Below are positions 28,377 through 39,000 of a stretch of DNA of 64,000 nt, in pieces. This stretch comes from a virus. The translations under genes were made by a program, and so were the position numbers. The notes below the pieces were generated by a model. The model made no database searches and was not told where the DNA came from. It saw only the letters and a program-made list of their open reading frames with translations. How positions within the stretch are numbered: the first letter of the stretch is position 1; each line of letters opens with the position of its first letter. Location: the IMG/VR virus record IMGVR_UViG_3300024255_000006, positions 32,001-96,000 of that record; one strand, 5' to 3'.

Positions 28377-28604
28377 ATGTTCGCAGTTCAACCCACTTCA
28401 TTCGGCACCTTTGACGAGTACGGTGCAGACTACACGCCAACGATCGCTGGTGCTTACCGTATCGCAGCGATCAGGCAGCAGGAGCAAGAGGGCGATCAGA
28501 TGATCTGGCGTCTCACCTCTGGTCAACCTATCCCATGGGTTCGGGTCTATGAAGACGAGGACATCTCTAGTGTGACGACTCAGGAGCTGGCGTTGCTGGT
28601 CTGA
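28377..28604 (+). CDS. Hypothetical early protein
   Basis: 75-aa ORF after a hairpin/TACAAT promoter (28348-28353). Confidence 0.7.
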   Translation: MFAVQPTSFGTFDEYGADYTPTIAGAYRIAAIRQQEQEGDQMIWRLTSGQPIPWVRVYEDEDISSVTTQELALLV

Positions 28605-28649
28605 TCCTGACCCCTGACCCTGTAGACTATTCAAAGAAACAACCGACTC

Positions 28650-28859
28650 ATGTCCATGATTAATCCAGTCATCGTCCTCGACACCGACAGCACAGCAACC
28701 GAGCAGATCAGACTCTACCCGATGACCCGTCAGTGCATGGTCTTCTGGCACTCACGTCACTACAGCACCCACACCGTTCGCCGTCGCGACATGCTGCGAC
28801 TGCTCCTGAATCTGAAGCAGAGCGCAGGGCAGTGGGTGAACCGCTACGCCCTCGGGTGA
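28650..28859 (+). CDS. Hypothetical early protein
   Basis: 69-aa ORF after TAGACT (28623-28628). Confidence 0.65.
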   Translation: MSMINPVIVLDTDSTATEQIRLYPMTRQCMVFWHSRHYSTHTVRRRDMLRLLLNLKQSAGQWVNRYALG

Positions 28860-28891
28860 GGGACAGAGGCAGAAAACAGGTAAATCCGACA

Positions 28892-28928
28892 GGGGGCAGT
28901 AATATGCCCCCCCTTAGGGGTATACCCC
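28892..28928. repeat. Overlapping GC-rich inverted repeats: GGGGGCA/TGCCCCC, CCCC-TTA-GGGG, and perfect palindrome GGGGTATACCCC (28917-28928)
   Basis: Read directly in the non-coding gap. Confidence 0.85.
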
Positions 28929-29055
28929 CCGCGCCAAGCGGGTTTGGGACTCCTACCCCTACCCTAACCTACAAAAGTATCCAGACGACCGATAAATATT
29001 ATTGCAAAGTCTTTTTATAAAACCTTCGTATATAAAAAAATTCCCGTGGAAAAAA

Positions 29056-29301
29056 ATGACCCAAAAACCTGGAGCTACGCCGACGCTCTCAACAATTTTG
29101 AAGCATTCTGCAACTACTTCGACGCGGCAGCTGCTTCAAGTTATCGTTCAACAAAATCGCAAGATCGCCCAGCTGGAGATCGAGATAATGCAATTGAAAG
29201 CGATGAAACTGATGTACCGCCCACCAGGGGCGAATGAGCATATGAATGTCGTCGAATATTTGGATACCATCGAGGAGAGACTAAGATGCCTGGAAAAGTA
29301 G
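29056..29301 (+). CDS. Coiled-coil hypothetical protein
   Basis: MTQKPG...KIAQLEIEIMQLK..LMYRPPG...LDTIEERLRCLEK; overlaps PAAR start; alternative overlapping frame at 29046..29237. Confidence 0.55.
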   Translation: MTQKPGATPTLSTILKHSATTSTRQLLQVIVQQNRKIAQLEIEIMQLKAMKLMYRPPGANEHMNVVEYLDTIEERLRCLEK

Positions 29302-29615
29302 CAGGATTTAACGGAGCAGTCGATAGTGGTGGTACAGGTATCTGTAATACGCCCCCATGCGTAATTGGACCCGTGACCCCACGTACTGTGACTGTAGGAG
29401 GATTGTTTCCGATCTTAGAGGGTGATGTATTAACACCAGCACCAGGAACAACACCAGGAGGCAATCCCTGTACCACTCCTCGTGTTGCGATTAGCACGAC
29501 AGCAAAGGTGAGAATAAATGGGAGACGCCCCTGTTGTCCTGGAGACTTGCTAGCACCGACTACAGGAATCATGATCACTGCGTTGTCGGCAAACCCAAAA
29601 GTCAACGTGATATGA
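29286..29615 (+). CDS. gp5.4: PAAR-motif baseplate spike tip protein
   Basis: 'VTVGGL...GD', 'KVRINGRRPCCPGD' PAAR-type repeats; position upstream of gp25. Confidence 0.8.
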   Translation: MPGKVAGFNGAVDSGGTGICNTPPCVIGPVTPRTVTVGGLFPILEGDVLTPAPGTTPGGNPCTTPRVAISTTAKVRINGRRPCCPGDLLAPTTGIMITALSANPKVNVI

Positions 29616-29621
29616 TATAAT
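29613..29621 (+). promoter_or_regulatory. Extended -10 promoter TGaTATAAT
   Basis: Exact TGnTATAAT upstream of a GAGGT RBS and ATG 29648. Confidence 0.55.
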
Positions 29622-29647
29622 AACAAAGTACATTGAGGTAATCAGAC

Positions 29648-29791
29648 ATGGCAAAACGCCCTTCACTGACTGGATCAGATACAATTGAACCCAAGGAGAA
29701 GATGAGTCGCCAAGGAAGTGGTAGAAATACTAAATATAGTGCGACTAGTCGCAACAAAGCAAAAAAACGCTACAGAGGACAAGGACGATGA
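29648..29791 (+). CDS. Small basic protein (47 aa, MAKRPSLTG...KKRYRGQGR), missed by track
   Basis: Hand translation; GAGGT RBS; K/R-rich peptide recognised from cyanophage PAAR-gp25 operons. Confidence 0.8.
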   Translation: MAKRPSLTGSDTIEPKEKMSRQGSGRNTKYSATSRNKAKKRYRGQGR

Positions 29792-29946
29792 CTGAATTCA
29801 ATTATATTGTAGGACGCCCATCCACACTGCAGTATCGTAGTGACGCTGATACTGATGGTGATGGTACGCTTTCTAAAGAAGAATTGCAGGCAGCAGGTAT
29901 TAAAGACGGCATTGAAACAGCAGAGTCAGTAGAATTTGAAGAATGA
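29788..29946 (+). CDS. 52-aa microprotein with canonical EF-hand loop DTDGDGTLSKEE, missed by track
   Basis: ATGA coupling at both ends; loop at 29848-29883. Confidence 0.7.
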   Translation: MTEFNYIVGRPSTLQYRSDADTDGDGTLSKEELQAAGIKDGIETAESVEFEE

Positions 29947-30608
29947 ATCTAATTTGTAATCTCCCTGCCGAGAAAGTATGGGTTCGTAAGGAATATCTTA
30001 CTGATCATCAAAGTGGGCATGGAGAATTTGTTGAGGGCGTCTGGGTATCGGCAAAATCGATACCAGGGCGTGCTTTTTATTTTGAGACTTATCTCCCACA
30101 ATACGGGGCAATGTATGATAAGTTACCAATTAGTGCGTTTCTCCGAACGCCGAAAACTCCGACAATTGATATGGGACTGGAGAATCTGCAATTTTGGAAT
30201 TGCATGGACTATGGCGTCGTATGCATGAATAAGGGATTTGTGTCGAGCATGACTGCCGAAGTTAGAACTCGTAACTTTGGATACATGAAAGGTCAATATC
30301 TGTTAACATTGGATAACTACCATGCAAACATCGATGTTATAGATAACAACGTAAGTGAAACTCCTGCAGAGCACAAGTCTCACAACTGTATAGAATTAGA
30401 GAATGGTCAGTTTGGATTATATCCTAATAACAGGATGCGTCTATATGACCTCTCTATCACGCCTGAAGTACCTTTAACTCCAGATTTCAAGGTATCTACC
30501 ATAAAATACCAAGTTGAGAATACTGAGGGTTGGGGACGTTTAGGAGACACTGATGAATATTTCTGGGAAACACAACAGGAGAAAGAAAATGGGCAACAGC
30601 AGAGTTGA
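29943..30608 (+). CDS. Conserved cyanophage hypothetical protein
   Basis: 'NLPAEKVWVRKEYL...SAKSIPGRAFYFETYLP...MYDKLPISAF' recognised family, function unknown. Confidence 0.8.
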   Translation: MNLICNLPAEKVWVRKEYLTDHQSGHGEFVEGVWVSAKSIPGRAFYFETYLPQYGAMYDKLPISAFLRTPKTPTIDMGLENLQFWNCMDYGVVCMNKGFVSSMTAEVRTRNFGYMKGQYLLTLDNYHANIDVIDNNVSETPAEHKSHNCIELENGQFGLYPNNRMRLYDLSITPEVPLTPDFKVSTIKYQVENTEGWGRLGDTDEYFWETQQEKENGQQQS

Positions 30609-30792
30609 TAAAGGTCAAAACTTCATCGATGAGGGAAAGACTTTAATTACTGAGACTGACTCTGATCGGTATCTAGATCAAGCAGCACGTCAACGTAGAT
30701 CAAAGAAAAAAGAAGAACTCTATCCAATGCCTGAAGAACGTCGCAGCAGTGCTGGTGGATATGACGATTTTATAGAGCGTTGGACTGAGTGA
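30589..30792 (+). CDS. Hypothetical protein (MGNSRVDK...)
   Basis: AGGAG RBS upstream of ATG 30589. Confidence 0.7.
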   Translation: MGNSRVDKGQNFIDEGKTLITETDSDRYLDQAARQRRSKKKEELYPMPEERRSSAGGYDDFIERWTE

Positions 30793-30822
30793 CTAAATAA
30801 AAAGACGGTCATATAGTGTGTA

Positions 30823-31218
30823 GTGCCTACAGTAAACCCATTTAAGGATTTATCATTATCTTTTGGAAGAAATAAGGTTACAGATGACCTTCTTCTGAAG
30901 AAAGATGATGCTGCTGTAAAACAGGCAGTGCAAAACATTATTTTGACGAATAAAGGAGAACGTCTATATGATGATCAGTATGGATCTAACGTTAGATCTT
31001 ACTTGTTTGAACCATTAGACTTAGCGACATCCAGTTCAATCTCTGATGAAATCAGGGGTGCATTAAGCAGGTATGAGCCAAGAATTATAATTACTCAGCT
31101 GTTAGTAGAACCAGATTTTGCTAACAATGGGTTTGAAGTTATTTTGGAATTTGTGATTCAAGGACGTTCCGATATCCCACCACGTTCCATTGAGTTCTTT
31201 CTCAACCGTACTCGATAA
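30823..31218 (+). CDS. gp25: Baseplate wedge subunit gp25
   Basis: 'AVKQAVQNIILTNKGER...YGSNV...LFEP...YEPRI' gp25 signature; CTAAATA late promoter at 30793. Confidence 0.92.
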   Translation: MPTVNPFKDLSLSFGRNKVTDDLLLKKDDAAVKQAVQNIILTNKGERLYDDQYGSNVRSYLFEPLDLATSSSISDEIRGALSRYEPRIIITQLLVEPDFANNGFEVILEFVIQGRSDIPPRSIEFFLNRTR

Positions 31219-33023
31219 TGCCTTATACTCAAGTAGCAAATTTAGACTTTGCAGACATTAAAACGTCCCTGATTGATTACATGAGGGGGAACTCGGATTT
31301 CACTGACTATGATTTCCAAGGATCTGCAATATCTACATTATTAGATGTGTTAGCATATAACACGTACTATACAGCATTCAACACTAACATGGTGGTGAAT
31401 GAACTGTTCTTAGATTCTGCTACGTTAAGAGATAACGTTATCTCCCTAGCAAAGCAAATTGGATATCGTCCTAGATCCTCAACTGCACCAAAAGCAACAG
31501 TCAACTTTCAAGTTAACTACACTGGATCAGGAACAGCACCTGATGGTGTGAAATTAAAGAAAGGAACTGGATTTCTAACTAACTTTGACGATACCCTCTA
31601 TCAATTCGTCACTATCGATGACCAGGAGTCACCTCTAAACGGTGGTATTGCTGACTTTGGTGATATTGATGTCTATGAAGGAACATTAATCACACAGTCG
31701 TTTACGATCAACACAGGACTTAAGAACCAAAGATTCATTTTACAAAATAGTGGATTAGATACATCATCAATTCGTGTAAGAGTATACCCACAAGAGAACG
31801 ACACCACCTACGTCACATACAACGCAGCAGATAACATTCTAGATCTCAACGGTTCATCTCAAGTCTTCTTTGTTGAGGAGATTGAAGATGAGCAGTATGA
31901 GGTCTTTTTTGGTGATGGAGTATATGGTAAGAAACTTACTAATGGTAACTTCATTGAGGTTTCATATCTGGTAACGTCAGCAGCTGCTACAAATGGCGCT
32001 AAGACGTTTTCATTCTCAGGTATTATTACTCCAAAAACAGGTAGTGCGAACTTCTCGTACACAACGTCTATATCAACCGTAGATGCCGCTGCAGGCGGTG
32101 CTGACCCAGAGTCTGTAGCATCTATTAAAAAGTCTGCTCCTAGGGCATTTGCATCGCAAGACAGAGCGGTTACAGCAGCAGACTACGAGTCAATTGTAAG
32201 AAAGGTTTACCCAGCGATCTCAGACATCATTACTTTTGGTGGTGAAGAGGACGATCCCCCCGAGTTTGGTAAAGTCAAGGTCGCAGTGAAACCACAAGAT
32301 GCAATTGCTCTATCGTCTTATACTAAGAACGAGATCAAAACAAAACTTAAGGATTATGCTATCGCATCAGTGACTGTTGATATTATTGATCCGTCAATAA
32401 TATATGTTGAACTAAACTCAAAGGTTAGTTATAAAAAGTCGTTAACAACATTATCAAAGAAAGAAATTGCAGGTAGAGCAACAACTGCAGTTGAAGATTA
32501 TCTATCATCAGCAGAAACAGAGAAGTTTAATGGTAGATTCCGTCATAGTAAATTTGCATCTGTAATTGATGGTGCAGATCGTGCTATTACATCAAACGTA
32601 ACTGAAGTAACACTAAGAAAAGATTTCTATCCTACCCTTAATTCTACTTTCTATTACGAGTTGTGTTATCTAAACACATTTAAGGATTCTTGTGACGAAC
32701 CAGTCATGAAATCTACTGGGTTTGTAGTCAGTGAATATCCTTCCTACACAGTCTATTTGGAAGACGATACCCTGGGTAAAATTGACCTATATAGACTGAA
32801 TGCCCTGACTGGCGAGAAGATTTATGTGAAGAAAGCAATTGGAGATATTAACTACTCCAAAGGCGAAATTAAATTATATAATTTGACCATCATTCAAGGT
32901 AGTTTTTCGGATAATAAGATTGAAGTTCGCGTAGATCCTGCGTCGAGAGACGTAAATGCTGTTCGTGAAGTTTATCTAGACGTTGATATCTCAAAATCCA
33001 ATTTTAGTGCGGTTCCAGAATGA
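31218..33023 (+). CDS. gp6: Baseplate wedge subunit gp6
   Basis: 'LDFADIK...FTDYDFQGS...LLDVLAYNTYY...ELFLDSA', 'QDRAVTAADY'. Confidence 0.95.
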   Translation: MPYTQVANLDFADIKTSLIDYMRGNSDFTDYDFQGSAISTLLDVLAYNTYYTAFNTNMVVNELFLDSATLRDNVISLAKQIGYRPRSSTAPKATVNFQVNYTGSGTAPDGVKLKKGTGFLTNFDDTLYQFVTIDDQESPLNGGIADFGDIDVYEGTLITQSFTINTGLKNQRFILQNSGLDTSSIRVRVYPQENDTTYVTYNAADNILDLNGSSQVFFVEEIEDEQYEVFFGDGVYGKKLTNGNFIEVSYLVTSAAATNGAKTFSFSGIITPKTGSANFSYTTSISTVDAAAGGADPESVASIKKSAPRAFASQDRAVTAADYESIVRKVYPAISDIITFGGEEDDPPEFGKVKVAVKPQDAIALSSYTKNEIKTKLKDYAIASVTVDIIDPSIIYVELNSKVSYKKSLTTLSKKEIAGRATTAVEDYLSSAETEKFNGRFRHSKFASVIDGADRAITSNVTEVTLRKDFYPTLNSTFYYELCYLNTFKDSCDEPVMKSTGFVVSEYPSYTVYLEDDTLGKIDLYRLNALTGEKIYVKKAIGDINYSKGEIKLYNLTIIQGSFSDNKIEVRVDPASRDVNAVREVYLDVDISKSNFSAVPE

Positions 33024-36000
33024 ACTTAAAGACTAGAAATATTTCATCGCTGATTGAAAGTCAGCTACCTAGTTTTATTTTAGAAGACTATGAACTTTTT
33101 GGTAAGTTCTTGAAGTCTTATTATGCTCAGCAAGAACTGAGTGGTGGAGTTCTGGACATTATTTTAAACCTCACCAAATATCGTGATATCAATTTTTATG
33201 ATAAAGAAGTTCTAACAGAGTCTACAAAAACTGTTGGTATCACTGGGATCTCAGAGACTACTGTTACTGTAGACAGCACCGAAGGATTCCCAAAACAAGG
33301 TCTCATTAAATTGGGCGATGAGATTGTATTCTATGCATCAAAAACTGCAACATCATTCCAATCAGTCACCAGAGGTGTAAGTGGTAACACCACGTTAGGT
33401 GACCTGTATTCTAACAGTAAGTTTGTTTCAACTACTGCAGCATCCCATGCTGATGATACAGTTGTTGAGAACATTAGTAATTTATTTTTGTATGCTCTAA
33501 TTAAGAGTTTTGAGTCTGAGTATCTCGCTGGTATCCCAGAAAAGTATCTGAGAGGTGAGATCGATAAGAGAACTCTAATTAAGAACATCTCTTCATTCTA
33601 CAAATCAAAAGGAACCAAGCGTTCCATTCAGTTTATCTTTAATTGCCTCATCAGTAGTGATGATACTGATGTATTCTTTCCAAAAGAGACCACCTTAAAA
33701 GCATCAGAGTCTGACTGGTCTAGAGTTTACTCATTAAGAGTTATTGCTTTAAGTGGAAATCCAGAAACGTTAATTGGAAAAAGAGTTACCCAGTCTGGTA
33801 CTTCATACGCATCTGCTGTTGTTGATAATGCTTTGAAAGAGCAGATTGTAGATGATGTCCAAATGTGGGACATCATTCTTGCTGAAAATTCGGTCAATAA
33901 CGTATTTCAAATAGCAAACAAAACATTCCTAACAAAAGATCTCCAATCATCGGATACTGTAGGGGATAAGATCGAGGTTGATTCAACTTTTGGGTGGGAC
34001 AAAGAAGGACTCATTTATATTAATGGAGAAAGAATTGAATATTCTTCTAAGACTATAAGACATTTTGTTATTAAGTCTAGATCTTTATCAACTACACATG
34101 CATCTGGAGCAAAACTGTATAGTAATATCACAATTGATTCTGGTAATGTAAAGTTGCTCCCTCTAGGAGTTACTTACAACTTACAACCACAGGGAGCAAT
34201 CCCATATGGTGTCGAAGGTGAAATTATTACTGTTGAAAAGTCTGGATTTGATACGGTAGATCCTATCGTTAAAAAATCTAATAATACTATTAGATGGATG
34301 CTCCCAACATCATCGTCAACGATTCAAAGTGATGATCCTAGAACAATTGCTGCTAACGTAGACACTATTCCTGGTATTAGTGCATTCTTTGAAGATAAAG
34401 AAAACTATTACATTTGTTGCAGTGGATTCCCATTAGGAAGAAAGATCTTTTTCAATCAAACTATTAGTGCAGACAAAACTCCAATTGATCAAGCACTATT
34501 GAGAACTATTCGCAAGAAAGCAGAAACGACTACAGAAATATATGCTACTCCTAGAAAAGATGTAGGTATTTTTATAGATGGTTCTATTGCTTATAGTTAC
34601 AAGCATGAAGAAGGTGTTCTTTTTGGAAAACTAACTAGAATCGAAGTTACGAATCAAGGATCTGGATATGCTAGACCACCATTCGTATTAATCAATAATA
34701 CACCATACAAAGCATCTGCAAATCTTTCTGGTAACGTTGTTGAATCTGTTAATATCATAGACGAAGGAAATTACACTACAACTCCACAAGTAGAAATTAT
34801 TTCTGGTAGAAACGCAGTTTTAACTCCAGTTGTTACTTTAGGAAAAATCACGAGTATTGTGATTACTGATCCTGGTGAATATTATTCTGCACCACCAACG
34901 ATTAGAATTACTGATAGATTAGGAAGAGGTAGATTTGCGGATTACGTTGCTACTGTATCTGCGAGTGGTCAAATTACAGAAGTAACGCAAATTAACACTG
35001 GTAACTTCTATACTGCGGGTAAAGTATTAGTAGAAGTTATCCCATCAGGAAGCAATGCAGAGGCGGAAGCGTCTATCTATGAATGGATAAAGAATAGATA
35101 TACAGTAGTAGGAACAGATATTGATAGTGAATATGGATTCTCTTTCAATAACTCAGCAGGATTTAATACTTATGGTGTTCTCTCATATGCGCCATCGTTA
35201 AAAACATCTCTATCTGATAATGGAGTTTCACATTCCCCAATCATCGGATTCGCCTATGATGGTAATCCCATTTATGGTCCTTATGGATACACTGTTGCTA
35301 CCGATTCGTCAACCGCCATCAGACGAATGGAAAGTGGTTATCGACAAAGGGCGTCTAGAACAAATGGTCCTTCTGCAACCACATATCCAATCGGAACTTT
35401 TATACAAGACTATTATTATGCGGATAGACTTGGAGATCTAGACAGAAATAATGGTAGGTTTTGTGTTACACCAGAATATCCAAATGGTGTGTATGCATAC
35501 TTTGTTACTCTAAATGCATCTCTACAACCAGAATTTCCATATTTACTAGGGGAAAATTTCTATTCACTACCTCTTACAGCAAACTACCAAGAGTTCCAAA
35601 CACATGCTGATCTTCCATTAGATGCAGTTAGACTAAGAACTCAGAGCACTCCTCAAAATGGTATCGTTACTAGAGCAAAAGTAAAGGATGTTTCTACAGG
35701 TAGTATTGATAAAATCAAAACATATGATTCTTCTGATAATTTCTCTGTAGGATCTAGTATTGTTTTTGATAACTCCCAGACTGGTGGATCTGATGCTGCT
35801 GGTTTAGTATCTTCTGTTAATGGTAAAACAGTTTCTTCTCTGCAAGCAACTGATACACAAAGAGTTGCAACGATTCAGATTGCAGAAAGTTGCTTTATTT
35901 ATGATGGAGATGCAATTACTCAATCTAGCACTGGTGTAACAGGAACTGTTGTTGGTGATGTATTGGACGATAAGTTTATTGTTCTTGAGAATGTAACAGG

Positions 36001-39000
36001 AGTTTTTGATGCTACTGGTCTTGTAGATTCATCAACTCTTACTTTAAATGTTGTTTTGAATACGAATGCAACATTCACCGCTGGTGCTATTGTTACACTT
36101 ACTGATGGTGATAACGATGTTGCTACTGGGGAGATTGTACTCTCTACAGAAAGAAGAAACTCAGTAAAAATTAAGGTTATTAGTGGAACATTTGATCAAT
36201 TTGTAGGTAGTGGATATTATTTAAGAAGTAATAATCTTTTGAACACTATTGGTGCTGAGATCTTAAGCACTTCTAGTCTCAGTACAGATTTAGTTCCATT
36301 TATTGTCGATACTAATGTTACTCTAGTAACTACAAGCACAAATCATGGATTGGGTATTGGTAGTAAAATTAATGTAAAAATTAACCCAGATGATTCAGTT
36401 GCAACGAAAACATATCATGTACAATTAGGTGCAACTCAAGAAATTGAACTAACACAACCAATTTTTGTAACTGCTATTAACGATGCTGGGTTAGGAAGAG
36501 GAGATTTAGTAAATGGAGGATTTGATTACGCTACTAATACTTACACTGATGTAGAGTTGATTTTTGTAAATCAGACGGCAACTAGAGAAGATTTGGGTGC
36601 AGTTGGAGATGCTAATAATGCAGAAGCAACCATTGTTGTATCAGACATTAACAATACAGGTTTAGGATCTGTAACTAGTGTAACTATTACTACAAAAGGA
36701 TCTGGTTATGTTAAGGGTGATGTTCTAACTGTAGAAGATTCTGCATTGAATAGATCAACATCTTCTACCAACACGCAAAGATTACGCTTCGTAGTTGATC
36801 ATATTGGATTTGCTGCTGGAGAAACTATATTAAAACTTGAAGATGTATCTGAACTAGCAGTAAATGATCTTTTGCAAATTGGAGAAGAAATCGTAACGGT
36901 TACTGCCGTTTCTGAAGGTGATAAGACAGTAACGATTGATAGAGCACAAGAAAAAACCGAAGACATTGATCATTTTGATAATGAAGAAGTTTCTCTTTAT
37001 AACTCAAGATATAACTTCACTGTAGGATCTCAAATCGCAATTACTGGTAATGCGTCTCTTGATCCTGTTATTCTATCATACACGGGCAATAAACTGATTG
37101 TTGAGCACAATCAACTATTCTTTAGTTCGGGATCTTACAATGATTATAAGATCGGATCTGGATCTAGTTTCTTTGATAACAGTTCTCCAAAGAGACTGGT
37201 GAATATTGATGTAGCGTCGGATTTCTTGATTGTTACGAAGATTTCTTCGTCTGCTTCAGGACCATTTGAAGTATCTCCAAATATTCAGTTCCAAGAATAT
37301 TATCAATACAGATTTGATCTATCTCATTCAACAAATTCTCTGTCTGAGTTCTTAATTTCTCCAAGTAAGCAAGACAACATCATTGCACCTGAATTAGTAC
37401 GTGTCGGTACTCCTGGACAATCTGGCGCATATGTCTATGCTAAATTTGGATATGGTCCAAGAACGGGAACTGTTAATTTAGCAGGAACATTAACCGAAAG
37501 AAGAGAAAGACTATATCAAAGATATTATTATAAGTCAATTGTTACCACAGACTCATCTGGTAATCAGTCAATTCGTATTGGTCCTACCAGTGTTATTGAA
37601 GATCGTGATAACTACATTGAAATTATTAATGATCCCCTCCAAGGACAGCAAAGTGTTGTATATGTAACACCAACACGTTTTGTATACTCTATGGGAACTG
37701 GATCTACACCAGAGTGGTATGGAACTGGTAATATTAAATACAGCACAACCACTACAGGAGCAGTTGGTTCAATTAATAAGGTAACTGTTTCAAATCTTGG
37801 ATCTGGATACAAGAAAGTTCCTCTTGTTTTAGGTGCTACCTTAAAGAAAGCATTTGAAGCAACAGTTACTGCTAATTGGGACGCAGTAAATCAAAATATC
37901 GCAACTGTTACAATCAACACTTCTGGTCAAAATTACTCTAAACCAAAAATTGTTGTTATCGATGGTGATGGTACAGAAGCAGATTTTGAGGTATTGAAAT
38001 CTTTTGATAACAAGGTTTCTGGTGTACGTGTAATCAATAAAGGAAAGAACTATACATATCAACCAAAACTAAGAGTTATTGAAAGTGATGTTAGAGTTTT
38101 CGCTCTAGGATCAAACATCGGTACGGTCAAGAATGCTGAGATTGAATTTAGTGGATCTGGAGTATGGAATGATACTTCTATTCTAAGAAAACACTCTGCT
38201 AGTGTTGGTATGGTTGTTGATACTACAGACACTTTCTTGCAGGGTGAAAGAGTAGAGCAAGGTTCTTCTTATGGTCTTGTATCTCTAGATGGATGGAGAA
38301 CAGGATCAAATATTCTAAAAGTATCCGTACAGAATGGAGAATTTGTTGCTGGTAAAACAATTACTGGTATTATAAGTGGTGCTTCTGGAATTGTAAATGA
38401 AGTTCTCATTACTGATTTTGATTTAGATTTAAGATCATACTATGATAACTTAGGAAGATATCTGTCTGATAAAGGAAAAGTTGGCGTCAAAACACACCGT
38501 ATTGCCGATAACAAGTTTTATCAAGACTACTCATATGTAATTGAGTCTACTTCTGGTATCAATAATTGGAAGGAACTAGTAAAAGAGTCTGTTCACCCAG
38601 CAGGATTTAATCTCTTTGGCGAGTTGAATGTTAACTCACAAGGAACTGTAAGACTACAACCAGAACCAAGGATTTCACAAATTAGCACACTTAAGTTGTG
38701 GGATAAAGATATAAACAAAGTTACTGTTAGTTCTAAGATTGTGAAGAAAAAAATCACAATCAACAAAGTAGAAGATAGCAATATTAAAGAAGGATCTGGA
38801 TCTGTTGTTCAAAAAGCATTTGATTCTGCTGCTTTGACTGCTAGAGAAATCTATATTGGTCCAACATTTACTGGTACATTTGGTACTAGTGGAAATGTTA
38901 GTGGTAATAGAACGTTTACTATCTACGATAAAAAGACAAATGATCCCATCACGCCATACAATGAAATGGCGCTTACTATTACATTAGATGGTATTCTTCA

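Noticed and set aside
28733-29020. 95-aa ORF across the palindrome region
   Set aside because: Starts inside another gene, is low-complexity and P/R-rich, and runs through the hairpins; the region is better explained as non-coding.
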